The position numbers and the translations under genes were made by a program. Under the pieces are notes generated by a model, which was given only the letters and a program-made list of their open reading frames with translations, made no database searches and had not been told where the DNA came from. Positions 20,122 to 33,888 of a DNA stretch of 64,000 bases are shown piece after piece (within the stretch, counting starts at the first letter, position 1; every line of letters begins with the position of its first letter). Source of the stretch: an uncultured Gammaproteobacteria bacterium (lineage in GTDB: Bacteria > Patescibacteriota > Microgenomatia > Daviesbacterales > UBA10151); the NCBI GenBank assembly GCA_964394855.1, contig CAYMZD010000003.1:94041-158040 (forward strand), in the 5' to 3' direction.

Positions 20122-20856
20122 TTAGCTTATTTTTTTGATTATTTTAGCAGGCACTCCCCCAACTACACAATTATTGGGTACGTTTTTAGTCACTACAGCC
20201 CCTGCTGCTATCACTGAGTTCTCGCCAACAGTTACTCCATCTAAAATTACCGCCCCCGACCCTACCCAAACATTGTCTTTAATAATTATTCCTTCTCTTG
20301 AATATCCCTGCTTAGCAATGGGTATTCCCCTCTTTTCATATTGATGGTTAAAACTATACATTCTAACATGATCAGCCATTCTTACTTCATTACCTATCAC
20401 CACTGAACCTCCACTTCCGCAAATATAACTTCCTATACCAATTGCTACATTATTACCAACCATTATTCCCTTTTCATGTGCCCAAACCGTTACTCTTTCA
20501 CATAAAACACAGTTATTCCCTAATTTAATTTTACCGGCAGCTAGAATGGAGACATCATCTTTTATCCATATGTTATATCCTGCAGTAAAATTTTTAGGAT
20601 TAATAATTTTAAATCTTCTACCAATTAAAGCCGGGTTCTTATAGTTTAAAAAAGAGTGGTAATATAGTCCTCGTAAGATACTTGTAAAAAGACCGCTTCC
20701 CCCGACTAAAAGAATTGTCTGTAACAGATCACTGATGATAACTCTTACAAACTCTTTATCATTTGTAGTATGATAGTACATTTTTAAAAAATTTAGCATT
20801 TTGTTTATATCCAGTACTTTTGAGATTTTAGTTGTTTGTGATAATATTTTCAACAA
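20122..20856 (-). CDS. Hexapeptide-repeat (LbH) sugar O-acetyltransferase
   Basis: IIKDNVWVGSGAVILDGVTVGENSVIAAGAVVTKNVP..VGGVPAK; start uncertain (ATG 20799 possible). Confidence 0.9.
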   Translation of the reverse strand: MLKILSQTTKISKVLDINKMLNFLKMYYHTTNDKEFVRVIISDLLQTILLVGGSGLFTSILRGLYYHSFLNYKNPALIGRRFKIINPKNFTAGYNIWIKDDVSILAAGKIKLGNNCVLCERVTVWAHEKGIMVGNNVAIGIGSYICGSGGSVVIGNEVRMADHVRMYSFNHQYEKRGIPIAKQGYSREGIIIKDNVWVGSGAVILDGVTVGENSVIAAGAVVTKNVPNNCVVGGVPAKIIKKIS

Positions 20857-20876
20857 TTATGAACAAAAATTCATTG

Positions 20877-22628
20877 TTACTTTCTAGTTATTAGAAAATT
20901 ACCTATTACCAGCTCATCTATGCACCCCCAAAGTAAGTGTTTAATAGCATCTTCTGGACTGTGGACTATTGGAAGACCATGTTTATTAAAACTGGTGTTT
21001 AAAAGAACTGGAACTCCTGTTATTTGGCGAAACTGGTCTATTAGTTGCCAATAAAGTGGATCTATCTTCTTTTTAACAATTTGACTTCTGGCAGTATTAT
21101 CTATGTGGATAGCGGCAGGAATGTTATCAGCTTTTTTACTATTAACATCATCAGTTAGGGTCATAAATGGATTACCAAATCCATGTTGCAAAAAGTCTTT
21201 GCTGTATTCTTCTAAGATAACCGGGGCAAAGGGCATAAACCAGTCTCTTTCTTTAAGTCTTAAATTAAGGCGTTGTTTTGTTTCAATGTATCTGGGATCT
21301 GCCAAGACAGACCGATGTCCCAGCGCTCTTGGCCCCCATTCTCCTCTACCTTGAAACCAACCAACCACTTCACCTTTGGATAAGTGTTCCGCCACCTTTT
21401 TACAAATAGTTTTCCCCAAATCCAAGACCTTAATTTTTCGAGAAAAAAATCTGATCGCATTTTTAATCTCGCTTTTGGAAAATCCACATCCTAAATCAAC
21501 TGCTTCCAGTTCTATAACATCTAGTACTCCTCCAAATTTTTTATATGCCGCCATGGCGGCGCCAACTGCCACACCTCCGTCTGCTGGGCAAGGATAGATA
21601 AAGATATCATCAACCACTTTGTTTTGTAAAAGTCTGGTGTTAGCTTTAACATTTAAAAACACTCCCCCAGCCACTGCCAATTTTTTTTCTCTTTGATTTA
21701 ATTTCGATGAATATTTTTTAAACAAATACCTAATATATTTCTCCAATTCCTCTTCCACAATTTTTTGGGTGGCAAAAGCAATATTTTCAGCATCATATTC
21801 CTCGATCAAAAGGCGCAAGTATCGATAAGTCGGGGTCAATCTAAAATATTCTGGACGGGAAACACCGTTTATTTCCAGCCAATTATTCTTTGCTACCCAT
21901 TTCTTTCCATCAAAAAAGGGGAAAACTTCTCTCATTTTTTTGACCGCCTCGCTTGATTTACCAAAAGCTGCCAGGCCCATGGTTTTACCTTCACCATCAT
22001 TTAATTTAAATCCCAAAGCAACCGTGACTGCTCCAAAGTAAAGTCCCAGTGAGACATAAACCGGGATATCTTCCAGGTGCTCCAGCTGACGGTCTCTTCC
22101 CAGATAAACTGAACCACAAAGAGGATACCCTAAATCATTGATTCCATAACCATCAAGCACCACCACTAAACATTCTCTCCATCCAGAAAAATGATAGGCT
22201 GTTTCTGCGTGAGCTAGATGATGAGCCACATACAGTAGCTTTTCTTTGGGTAAACCCATTTCTAAATAGGTATTGGGCCTCTTATCAAACTGAGGAAGTT
22301 CTGATACTTTGAATAATAAAAAGGCTCTGGCCAAGGCCCACACTAACACCTTTTTAAAACCCGCATATTGAAACCCCTTAATGTAGTTAAGAAATAGTTT
22401 CATAAAATTTGTCGGAGGCGAAGCTGAGGCAAAATAATCAATATCAGAGATCTTTACTTTTTCATATTGTAGTGCGTGTTTAATAGCGGCAATGGGGAAG
22501 TGCCTGTCGTGTTTTATGCGAGAGATTCGCTCCTGCGATTCTGCGAAGACGACCCTCCCATCAACTACCAAAGCTGCTGAGTTATCATGGTTACCGCTAA
22601 AGTGACATGTTAAACCGATAATTTTCAT
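20877..22628 (-). CDS. O-carbamoyltransferase (NodU/CmcH/TobZ family), second copy
   Basis: HDNSAAL, QERISRIK, HHLAHA, EGKTMGLA, EWGPRALGHRS, MPFAP, NTSFNKHG. Confidence 0.93.
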   Translation of the reverse strand: MKIIGLTCHFSGNHDNSAALVVDGRVVFAESQERISRIKHDRHFPIAAIKHALQYEKVKISDIDYFASASPPTNFMKLFLNYIKGFQYAGFKKVLVWALARAFLLFKVSELPQFDKRPNTYLEMGLPKEKLLYVAHHLAHAETAYHFSGWRECLVVVLDGYGINDLGYPLCGSVYLGRDRQLEHLEDIPVYVSLGLYFGAVTVALGFKLNDGEGKTMGLAAFGKSSEAVKKMREVFPFFDGKKWVAKNNWLEINGVSRPEYFRLTPTYRYLRLLIEEYDAENIAFATQKIVEEELEKYIRYLFKKYSSKLNQREKKLAVAGGVFLNVKANTRLLQNKVVDDIFIYPCPADGGVAVGAAMAAYKKFGGVLDVIELEAVDLGCGFSKSEIKNAIRFFSRKIKVLDLGKTICKKVAEHLSKGEVVGWFQGRGEWGPRALGHRSVLADPRYIETKQRLNLRLKERDWFMPFAPVILEEYSKDFLQHGFGNPFMTLTDDVNSKKADNIPAAIHIDNTARSQIVKKKIDPLYWQLIDQFRQITGVPVLLNTSFNKHGLPIVHSPEDAIKHLLWGCIDELVIGNFLITRK

Positions 22629-22629
22629 C

Positions 22630-23399
22630 TTATTTTTGTAGAATCACGGCCATATTACTGGCTCCATAACTTCTTCCTTCACTTTTCATATCCAGCTTTT
22701 CAAAATATTCATCAAATGGTAAATTTTTGCGTATCCCTCCCACCATTAGGCGAGAAAACAACAGATAGCACATTTTAGCAAAATGACCAGTATAATATAC
22801 TTTTTTGACTTTTAAATTAAATTTCTTTTTTAAATCTTTAAGATCATATCTTCTTAGATGTCCCACCATTCTATCATTAAGGTAATTGATTGGCCAAAAA
22901 AAAGGCCAGATGTGTCTAAATTTTAGTGGCACTACAATAAATACTTTACCTCTCTTTTTTAAAACTCTTTTCCACTCTAGTATTGCTTTTTGCTCGTCTG
23001 GAATATGCTCTAATATTGCGTTAGCCACTATATAATCAACGCTTTCATTCGGCAATAATATTTTTTCCGCGAAACCCCTCATTGGTATTAAATTTGTTAA
23101 AGAAAACGTCTTTTTATGTTTATTTAAATTCTTAATTGCCTGCAGGGAAATATCATAAGCATAAACTTTTAAACCTAACTTTGCCATCTCTACAGAGATA
23201 TAGCCACTTCCTGCACCTATATCTAAAAGGACTTTATTTTTCACATTCATTTTTATTAAGTCTTTTTTAATCTTGTTAATATAAGATATTCTCCAGGCGT
23301 TGAAATTTTGTTGATAATCGTCGTAAAGGCAAAGATCTTTATTAAAATATTCCTTTTGGTGCTTATAATGATTTTTAACTTTTAATCTGGGTGGTTTTT

Positions 23400-23403
<4 letters not shown>
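22630..23403 (-). CDS. Class I SAM-dependent methyltransferase
   Basis: LLDIGAGSG, AYDIS, ILEHI, RVLKKRG, GHLRRY. Confidence 0.88.
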
Positions 23404-26369
<2,966 letters not shown>

Positions 26370-26411
26370 AACTTGTAAGATGGTAGCACAGTAGCGTATA
26401 ATTTGCACTAA

Positions 26412-27368
26412 ATGAGACCATTTTTATCATTTGTCATTCCTGTTAAAAATGAGGAAAAATCAATAGAGCAACTTTCTGGGGAAATTAGAGATGTTTGTCA
26501 AAAAATTAAAAAAAGTTATGAGCTGATTTTTATTGATGACGGTTCTACAGATCAAAGTTTTAAAATTATTAAAAAAATTGCCAGGAAAAATAAAAACATC
26601 AAGGCTTTAAACTTAAGGGGAAATTTTGGCAAATCAATAGCTTTATCTATTGGTTTTTCCAAAATCCGAGGTGAGATAGTTTTTACACTAGATGGTGATT
26701 TACAGGATAATCCAAAAGAGATTCCTAAATTCTTAGAAAAAATAAACTCTGGTTACGATCTTGTTTCTGGCTGGAAGAAAGTTAGGCATGATCCGACTTT
26801 TAGTAAAGTACTACCATCAAGGGTGATAAATTTTTTGGCCAGATTTTTAACTGGAATACAAATTCATGATACTAATTGTGGATTTAAAGCATATAAAAGA
26901 GCGGTTTTGCAAAATTTAAATTTATATGGTGAGCTTTACAGATTTATTCCCATTATTGCTGCTAAGCAGAATTACAGAGTAGGTGAGGTTGAAGTAGAAC
27001 ATCGTCAACGTAAATATGGCAAAACAAAATTTGGTTGGGAAAGAGGTGTCAAAGGAATTCTAGATTTAATCACTATTGTCTTTCTCACAGGTTATGTCAC
27101 CAGGCCAGGACATTTTTTTGGCACTTTAGGAATACTATCTTTTTTTGCAGGGTTTCTGATCGGAGTGTATATCTTCTATCTTCGTATTACCACGGGCACT
27201 ATTCAATATCGACATCCCCTGCTTTTTTTGGGGATGTTACTGATGATTATTGGAGTACAGCTTATATCAACCGGCCTTTTGGCAGAAATGATGGTTTATT
27301 CAAAAGAGAAGTTTGATTATGCTGAAAAAATCCAAGAAACTGTAGGGCTAAAAGCCAAAAACTCTTAA
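26412..27368 (+). CDS. ArnC/GtrB-like polyprenyl-phosphate glycosyltransferase (GT2, two C-terminal TM helices)
   Basis: IPVKNEE, IDDGSTD, NFGKS, LDGDLQDNP, DTNCGFKAY, GELYRFIP; TATAAT 9 nt upstream. Confidence 0.92.
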   Translation: MRPFLSFVIPVKNEEKSIEQLSGEIRDVCQKIKKSYELIFIDDGSTDQSFKIIKKIARKNKNIKALNLRGNFGKSIALSIGFSKIRGEIVFTLDGDLQDNPKEIPKFLEKINSGYDLVSGWKKVRHDPTFSKVLPSRVINFLARFLTGIQIHDTNCGFKAYKRAVLQNLNLYGELYRFIPIIAAKQNYRVGEVEVEHRQRKYGKTKFGWERGVKGILDLITIVFLTGYVTRPGHFFGTLGILSFFAGFLIGVYIFYLRITTGTIQYRHPLLFLGMLLMIIGVQLISTGLLAEMMVYSKEKFDYAEKIQETVGLKAKNS

Positions 27369-29423
27369 ATCGGGATTTATTAAAATACAAGAGTTTTCCA
27401 TTTGCGTATCAAGAAAAATAAATCGAGCAGATTTGGCAGCAAAAAGAAAAACAAAAGTATTTTTATCTTGACCTAACCATGAAACTGGTATCTGTGGATA
27501 ATCGATTGTTTCAGATTGCTGGACCCAATTTTTACCATCAGTTGACAATCTGATGTATCCACCTTTTTGTTTTTGACAATTTCTTTCATTGTGTTGAATT
27601 TCTAGTCTAGTCAATAATATTTTTCTACCTATATCAATATTTAAAATATTTTTTTCTACCCTAAAACTTAAAATGTTAAATTTCTTTTCTTCCTCAAAAT
27701 TAACCTTTAAATATTTCAGGTCGTTCTTCCAGATTTTTAGCAGTGGCACTCCCAGAACCTTAACTTCATACAAGGGAAATAAATAACTGTCATAATAATC
27801 ATAAGCAAACCAATTGTTGGGTCCCCAGTTGTGAGACATCTCCATGACATATTCCCCTTGCATTCTGGGTCCACTTAAATGAGCATTAGAAAAATCTATA
27901 TCGGACCGCAGTTTTATCCTTGGTACATTCACCATATTAACAATGGGTAGTGCTAATTCGGCTTGTGGTTCGGCATTTTGATTTAACCAATTGACACCTT
28001 GTAAATAGACATTACCATAGCTGTTCCCCCAATACGGAATGTTTTTTTCTTTCGCACCAGCAAGACCACTAACTAGCTGGTTAAAATAGACATTCTCGTT
28101 GGGATGAAGTCTTGCAACCTCCCAAATAATAAAGCCAAATACCAATAAAAATATTGCCAAGACTCCTGTTTTGTAAATATGATTTTTGGCTATTTGAAAT
28201 AATAATTTTGCTCCCAATCCTGCAAGCACAGCCATGGCAGGAATAAATTCCATGATATGTCTTACGCCACTGTGAATGGTGGTACCAGGTAGAGAAACCC
28301 TAAGAATTGGCACTAGCAACCAAAGTAGTATCAAAAGATAAACTAACTCTTTCTTCCACAATCTTTTAAATGCAAAAATAAAACCTATGAATCCCAAAAC
28401 AAGGATCGGTAGGGGAGTTGTAATTAAAATCCAAAAAACAGGGAATAAATTAAATCCCTTAAAAATAAAGCTATTTAGCTCACCAGTAGGAGTTGTGCCA
28501 GCTTCTTTATAAAATTGCAAAACAGACCAGAGATGTTTAATAGGCTCATTCCAAAGATATGGCCAAAAAGCATAAAGTATGAGTAAAACGATGGCAGGAT
28601 AAAAGATTAAAATGATTAATAATTTTTTATCCTTTATCAACTGCTTTGGGGCTGACATAATATGTAATATTAACCAAGGAATTATAATAAAAGGTAAAAA
28701 TAGGGCATTAAATTTAGTACCCAGGGCCAAACCTGCTAAAATGGCAGATAAAATCATTATTTTCCATCTTTTTTTGACAATACCAAAATAAAAAGTAATA
28801 ATGGTTAAACCAAAAAGGGCTGTCTCCACGGGATCTTTAACATTAAAGTGTGATTCTGCAAAAAATAAAGGGTAAAAGGATAGAGAAAAAGATGCCACCA
28901 ATGATGCTAATAATCCAAAATTCAAATAAACAAAGATACTTAAACCTAAAATTAATAAAAAAGCAGCTGTGACTTCAAATAAATGAAAAGCTTCAATATC
29001 ACCAAGTATGCCTAACCTTTGATAAAAAATATGATTAAAAAAAGCAGCCAGAATATCGTTAATGGGAGGGTGTCCGAAACCGTCAAATCTGGCGAAATAT
29101 TCGAAGTTAAAAACATCTGATTGAAAATAACTTCTTCTATATGATGGGTCAGGGGCAATCGTACTGCTTTTAGAATTCAAATAAAGTTCATCTTCTCCCT
29201 CTCTTCCCATAAAATCAGATGAGCCTTTTAATTTTGGGTATTGAGGTAAGTTTAAATAATTTTTTTCTCCAGATAAAAAATAATGAAGATAAGCATACCC
29301 CCTATTAAAGTGAAACGGTTCATCCCAGTTAATTCCATAGTTGGATAGGGTAGCAACCGCTATAACAAAGTATGTGAGTGGTACGCTTAATATTAATAAA
29401 AAAGTAGGTATATACTTTTTCAT
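27348..29423 (-). CDS. ArnT/PMT_2-like GT-C with discoidin-like C-terminal domain
   Basis: NWDEPFH, GHPP, ESHFNVKDP, ALGTKFN; tail IDIG..LSTDGKNW; start 29423 has TATAAT 6 nt upstream (ORF track 29441). Confidence 0.8.
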   Translation of the reverse strand: MKKYIPTFLLILSVPLTYFVIAVATLSNYGINWDEPFHFNRGYAYLHYFLSGEKNYLNLPQYPKLKGSSDFMGREGEDELYLNSKSSTIAPDPSYRRSYFQSDVFNFEYFARFDGFGHPPINDILAAFFNHIFYQRLGILGDIEAFHLFEVTAAFLLILGLSIFVYLNFGLLASLVASFSLSFYPLFFAESHFNVKDPVETALFGLTIITFYFGIVKKRWKIMILSAILAGLALGTKFNALFLPFIIIPWLILHIMSAPKQLIKDKKLLIILIFYPAIVLLILYAFWPYLWNEPIKHLWSVLQFYKEAGTTPTGELNSFIFKGFNLFPVFWILITTPLPILVLGFIGFIFAFKRLWKKELVYLLILLWLLVPILRVSLPGTTIHSGVRHIMEFIPAMAVLAGLGAKLLFQIAKNHIYKTGVLAIFLLVFGFIIWEVARLHPNENVYFNQLVSGLAGAKEKNIPYWGNSYGNVYLQGVNWLNQNAEPQAELALPIVNMVNVPRIKLRSDIDFSNAHLSGPRMQGEYVMEMSHNWGPNNWFAYDYYDSYLFPLYEVKVLGVPLLKIWKNDLKYLKVNFEEEKKFNILSFRVEKNILNIDIGRKILLTRLEIQHNERNCQKQKGGYIRLSTDGKNWVQQSETIDYPQIPVSWLGQDKNTFVFLFAAKSARFIFLDTQMENSCILINPDLRVFGF

Positions 29424-29467
29424 CGACTCATTATATATCATTTAGACAGTGTGATAAAATTGCTATC

Positions 29468-30424
29468 ATGATAAAACTTGAAGAAAAAGTTAAGCGGTGT
29501 TATGAATCTGTACCTTTTCCTGATACATTAAGGCCATCTAGCGATTTTAATCAAACCCTCAATCATATTGTTTATTGGATAGACCTTAATTTAAATTTTC
29601 TATCTAAAGGATTAAGGTATACTAAACCTAAAACAATTTTATGTGCCGGTTGCGGCACAGGAGAAGAAGCTATTGCCTTATCAAAAATTTTTCCCAAGTC
29701 CAATATAGATGCAATTGATATCTCTAAAAACTCCCTCTCTATAGCCAAACAAAATATTGGAAAAGCAAAAATAAAAAATATCACCTTAATACAATCATCC
29801 ATCATTCTGGATTTACCAAAGTTTAATAAAAAATATGATCTCATTTATAGTGCTGGGGTAATACATCATTTATCAAATCCTAAGCTTGGTTTTAAAATTT
29901 TAACCAATAAATTAAAAAAAGAGGGGAAAATGGTCATTATGTTATATAACTCTTATGGTCTTTTCTTTTATAAATGTCAGTTGTGGTTATTAAAATTATT
30001 GGCAGGAGGTAATTTTAAAAAGCGTTTGACCTTAGTAAAAATATTAGGATTTGGTAGGGGAAAAGATAAAGTCTTTATCTTTGATTCCTATATTAATCCT
30101 CAAGTAAAAACTTTTTCCATAGAGAATATTAAAAAATGGGTTAACGAGGAAAAACTTGTTCTTGTCAATATTGTTCCACCATTAGATATTGGTAAAATGA
30201 TTGAATTCGCCACAGCCGGCCAAGGGTATTTTTTCCGCAGAAAAAAACTTTTATCTACCATTCTATCATTCTTAAAACTATTTTACCCAAAAAAGCGATT
30301 TAAAAAAAATGACAAAGAGAAAATAACTTTCCCTCTTTGGAAAACTCTATTTTACCAGATCATATTTCTGCTACTGGGCAAGGGGGAGGTTCAATATTTA
30401 TTACAACCAAAAAGGCCTAAATAA
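29468..30424 (+). CDS. Class I SAM-dependent methyltransferase
   Basis: YESVPFP, AGCGTG, AIDIS, GVIHHL, DSYINPQ; TGaTAAAAT 7 nt upstream. Confidence 0.85.
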   Translation: MIKLEEKVKRCYESVPFPDTLRPSSDFNQTLNHIVYWIDLNLNFLSKGLRYTKPKTILCAGCGTGEEAIALSKIFPKSNIDAIDISKNSLSIAKQNIGKAKIKNITLIQSSIILDLPKFNKKYDLIYSAGVIHHLSNPKLGFKILTNKLKKEGKMVIMLYNSYGLFFYKCQLWLLKLLAGGNFKKRLTLVKILGFGRGKDKVFIFDSYINPQVKTFSIENIKKWVNEEKLVLVNIVPPLDIGKMIEFATAGQGYFFRRKKLLSTILSFLKLFYPKKRFKKNDKEKITFPLWKTLFYQIIFLLLGKGEVQYLLQPKRPK

Positions 30425-30434
30425 ATTTTTTTAT

Positions 30435-30929
30435 TTAAATCTTTTCAATTTTCTCCTTAAAATCTTTGGCAGAATTTATGTCATGTCGCAAAGCTATCCA
30501 CCAGCCGGAATCAACCGGTACCTTTTTTTGTATTTCTTCCACAATTTTAATATGTCTTTCAAACATCCCAACTAAACCGTCTTTTTTTGCAGAGATTTTT
30601 TTGGTTGTCACAAAATTTGTTAAATTACCAATATGAGTTGAGTATCTCGAGGCAGTAGGTTCAAGTAGATTTATTTGATTACTATTTACCACGAAATAAA
30701 CTTCTGCTAGCCTCTTTTCTGCCAAGTACTGATAATAATCGGTTTTATCATTATTATTGAATTTAAAAAACAAAATAATTTTTTCCTTTATTTTCTCAAA
30801 ACCACCCGCTACATGATAAATTTTAATTTCAGGACTAATTACTTGTTGCTCGTCTGCGGCGCTAACTAGTCTGTAATTTATCAAAAATATTAAACAAAAA
30901 AATACCAATAATATTTTTCTCACTATCAT
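30435..30929 (-). CDS. Exported helical protein, DUF5667-like
   Basis: Signal-peptide-like N-terminus (..VSAADE); EKIKEKIILFF..K..YY..LAEKRLAE. Confidence 0.65.
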   Translation of the reverse strand: MIVRKILLVFFCLIFLINYRLVSAADEQQVISPEIKIYHVAGGFEKIKEKIILFFKFNNNDKTDYYQYLAEKRLAEVYFVVNSNQINLLEPTASRYSTHIGNLTNFVTTKKISAKKDGLVGMFERHIKIVEEIQKKVPVDSGWWIALRHDINSAKDFKEKIEKI

Positions 30930-30960
30930 ATGTTAAATCATATCTATTAAACTTATCAAG

Positions 30961-33111
30961 CTATTCTTTTAATCCTTTGACCATAATTTTTGCTCTTTTA
31001 AAAACACAGGGGTTATCCTGTATTGTATTTAGTCTAATCAACCGAGTTGGTTTGGCAGCGAAAAGAAAAACAAAAGTATCATCATCCCAACCGACGGCTT
31101 CTGGTGGTACTTGAGGAAAATCTACAGGTTCAATTTCTCGGCTCCAATCAACTCCATTCATGGATAGGCTCATGTAACCTCCTTTTAATTTTTGGCAGTC
31201 TTTTATATCATGATCTATAATTAGTCTTGTTAAAAAAACAGTTTTTTTAAGATCTATCAACATTTCGTTGGGATAAATTTTTAACTCATGGGGATAGACC
31301 AGCTCCTCCTTAAAACCTTCTTTAGTATGTTGTAAGTCATTTTTCCATATTTTTAATATGGGGACACCATCAACTTTCACCTCATAAACCGGATTAAGAT
31401 ACGTTTCATAATAGGCAAAACTATACCAACTTTTTTGAGGGAAGTCATGGGTTTGTTCCATTTCATATTCCCCCACTCGATTTGGCCCGCTCCAAAATCC
31501 GTTATTAAAAAATATATCCGATCTTAAAGATAACCTTGGCAGATTGGCCATGGTAGCAACAGGAAGTCCCAGCTTGGCTTGCGGTTCGGCATTCTCATTT
31601 AGCCAATTAACTCCTTGAAGATAGGCATTACCGTAACTATTACCCCAAAATGGAATATTTTTTTCTCTGGCTCCTTTTAATCCTCCAATTAACTGGTTAA
31701 AATAAACATTCTCATTTGGGTGAAGCCTGATCAGTTCCCAAACATTAAAAACGGCAAAACTTATCAAAAGAGTAATAATTAAAATTAGAGCTTGGGTAGG
31801 AGAGTGAATAATTTTTTTTAATAGTTGCCACAGGGTCAACGCTCCCAGACCTGTCATTATTCCTAAAGGCAAAACAAATTCCATGATATGCCTAATACCC
31901 CCATAAATAGCAAAATTAGGCAGAGATACCCTAATAATAGGTACCCACAACCACAAAAGAAGTAGCAGATAAACTGAATTTCTGACAGTAATTAGCTTAG
32001 CTAATGAATAAAAAGTTCCTACCAAGGATAGGATTAAAACCGGCAAAGGGGTTGTAGTAACAATCCAAGTAATTGGAAAAAGATTAATTTTATAAAAAAT
32101 AAAATTCTTAAGTTCCGATGGTGTACCAAGTCCTGAGGATTTATAGAAAGCAATATTTTTTTGGATGTTACCTAAGGGATCTGGCCAAAGATAAGGCCAA
32201 AGAATATAAAAAACTAATAAAGTAACTACCGGAAAGAAGAGTAGGCTTAGAAAAAGTTTCTTATTTTTTTTATGAAATTTTAAATTCCCTTGAATAAATA
32301 TAAGTAAAAGCCAAGGACCCAGGATAAACGGCAAAAATAATATATTAAATTTTATACCCAAGGCCATCCCGGCAAAAATAGCCGCAACAATCATTAACCT
32401 CCATCTTTCCTTCACTATTGCATAATAAAATGTAATGATAGTCAGTCCGAAAAACACAGTCTCCGGTGGATCTTTAACATTAAAGTGGGATTCTGCGAAA
32501 AATAAAGGATAAGTGGCAATAGCAAATGTAGACACCAAAGAGACAAATAAACCAAATTCAAAGTAGGTAAAAATAGCTACTCCAGCCAATACAAAAAAAC
32601 TCAATAATATTTCTGCCAGGTGATGAGATTCAACATCGGGCATTATTTTCAAATTCTGGTAAAAAATGCGGTTAGTTAATGCCGCCAGAATACCACCTAA
32701 TGGAGGATGACCATCTTCTTTTTGAATGACCTCATTAAACGATACTGCATCATGTTGAAAAAAACTACGCCTTAACTGCAAATTACTATCTGCATTTTTC
32801 TTGGTAACTCTTTCATAAGTTTGGTCATTTCCTAAAAAATCAGTAGTATCCGAAGGACTGGGAGGAGAAATCTGGCAATCACTAGATAGTGGTGCTTGTT
32901 GACATCTCTTTTGATTAGCTCTGGGGTAGGGGGGTAAGTCTTTGTAATCTTTGTTACCTGTTAAAAAAAAGTGAAGATATGCTTGACCTCTGTAAAAATG
33001 AAAAGGCTCATCAGAATTAAAACCATAGTGGGGTAAGGTTATTACTCCTATAACAAGAAATAATATGGGGATTACTAAGCTTAATTTCCATGACCCGCTT
33101 GCTTTAAGCAT
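30961..33111 (-). CDS. ArnT/PMT_2-like GT-C, paralog of 27348..29423
   Basis: NSDEPFH, GHPP, ESHFNVKDP, LHPNENVYFNQL, WGNSYGN, TFVFLFAAK shared with the paralog. Confidence 0.8.
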   Translation of the reverse strand: MLKASGSWKLSLVIPILFLVIGVITLPHYGFNSDEPFHFYRGQAYLHFFLTGNKDYKDLPPYPRANQKRCQQAPLSSDCQISPPSPSDTTDFLGNDQTYERVTKKNADSNLQLRRSFFQHDAVSFNEVIQKEDGHPPLGGILAALTNRIFYQNLKIMPDVESHHLAEILLSFFVLAGVAIFTYFEFGLFVSLVSTFAIATYPLFFAESHFNVKDPPETVFFGLTIITFYYAIVKERWRLMIVAAIFAGMALGIKFNILFLPFILGPWLLLIFIQGNLKFHKKNKKLFLSLLFFPVVTLLVFYILWPYLWPDPLGNIQKNIAFYKSSGLGTPSELKNFIFYKINLFPITWIVTTTPLPVLILSLVGTFYSLAKLITVRNSVYLLLLLWLWVPIIRVSLPNFAIYGGIRHIMEFVLPLGIMTGLGALTLWQLLKKIIHSPTQALILIITLLISFAVFNVWELIRLHPNENVYFNQLIGGLKGAREKNIPFWGNSYGNAYLQGVNWLNENAEPQAKLGLPVATMANLPRLSLRSDIFFNNGFWSGPNRVGEYEMEQTHDFPQKSWYSFAYYETYLNPVYEVKVDGVPILKIWKNDLQHTKEGFKEELVYPHELKIYPNEMLIDLKKTVFLTRLIIDHDIKDCQKLKGGYMSLSMNGVDWSREIEPVDFPQVPPEAVGWDDDTFVFLFAAKPTRLIRLNTIQDNPCVFKRAKIMVKGLKE

Positions 33112-33146
33112 GTATATAATATTACAATATCTTAAAACTTTTTAGT

Positions 33147-33884
33147 ATGAGTATTAAACAGTGGTGGGATAAATTTACTGATTACTTTTCCCTCTTGCCT
33201 ATTCATCCCCAGTATTTTTTAAAGAAATATAACTACACTGCAGTGGAATTTGCCATAAAGTATGCCAAAGGTATTTTACTAGACATTGGTTGTGGCAGGA
33301 TGCCATATAAAAAAATTTTGATTAAAAGAACAGAAAAATATATTGGTTTAGATAATCCCACTACCTCCAAAATGTATCATGGAACTGATAAACCAGATAT
33401 CTTTGCGGATGCTACTAATATACCTCTACCTGATCAATCATGCGATACCATACTTTCTTTCCAAGTTTTAGAACACTTACCAGATCCATTAATAGCTCTA
33501 AGAGAAATACAAAGACTTCTTAAACCACGTGGCATACTGATTTTATCTACCGTCCAATCTTATCCTTTACATGATGAACCGTATGATTTCTATCGCTACA
33601 CTAAATATGGTCTTAAATATTTATTAAAGCAGCAAAATTTTAAAATTATAAAGACTAAAGAGGAGGGTAATATTTTTGTATTACTTAATCAAAACTTTAA
33701 TGTCTATTTAATGCTCATCCTCAAAAATTTAATTAGCCAAAAATTTACAAAATTTTTGGCAATTTTGCTCTCTCCGATTTTTCTTATGATAACTACTCTC
33801 TCAAATTTAGTAACCCTACCATTAATTAATTTTGATCATAATTCTAAATTCCGTATAATTCATACTTTAGTTATCAGAAAATAA
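33147..33884 (+). CDS. Class I SAM-dependent methyltransferase (Methyltransf_11-like)
   Basis: LLDIGCGRMPY, QVLEHLPDP, HDEPYDFYRYTKYGL. Confidence 0.9.
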   Translation: MSIKQWWDKFTDYFSLLPIHPQYFLKKYNYTAVEFAIKYAKGILLDIGCGRMPYKKILIKRTEKYIGLDNPTTSKMYHGTDKPDIFADATNIPLPDQSCDTILSFQVLEHLPDPLIALREIQRLLKPRGILILSTVQSYPLHDEPYDFYRYTKYGLKYLLKQQNFKIIKTKEEGNIFVLLNQNFNVYLMLILKNLISQKFTKFLAILLSPIFLMITTLSNLVTLPLINFDHNSKFRIIHTLVIRK

Positions 33885-33888
33885 ATTT

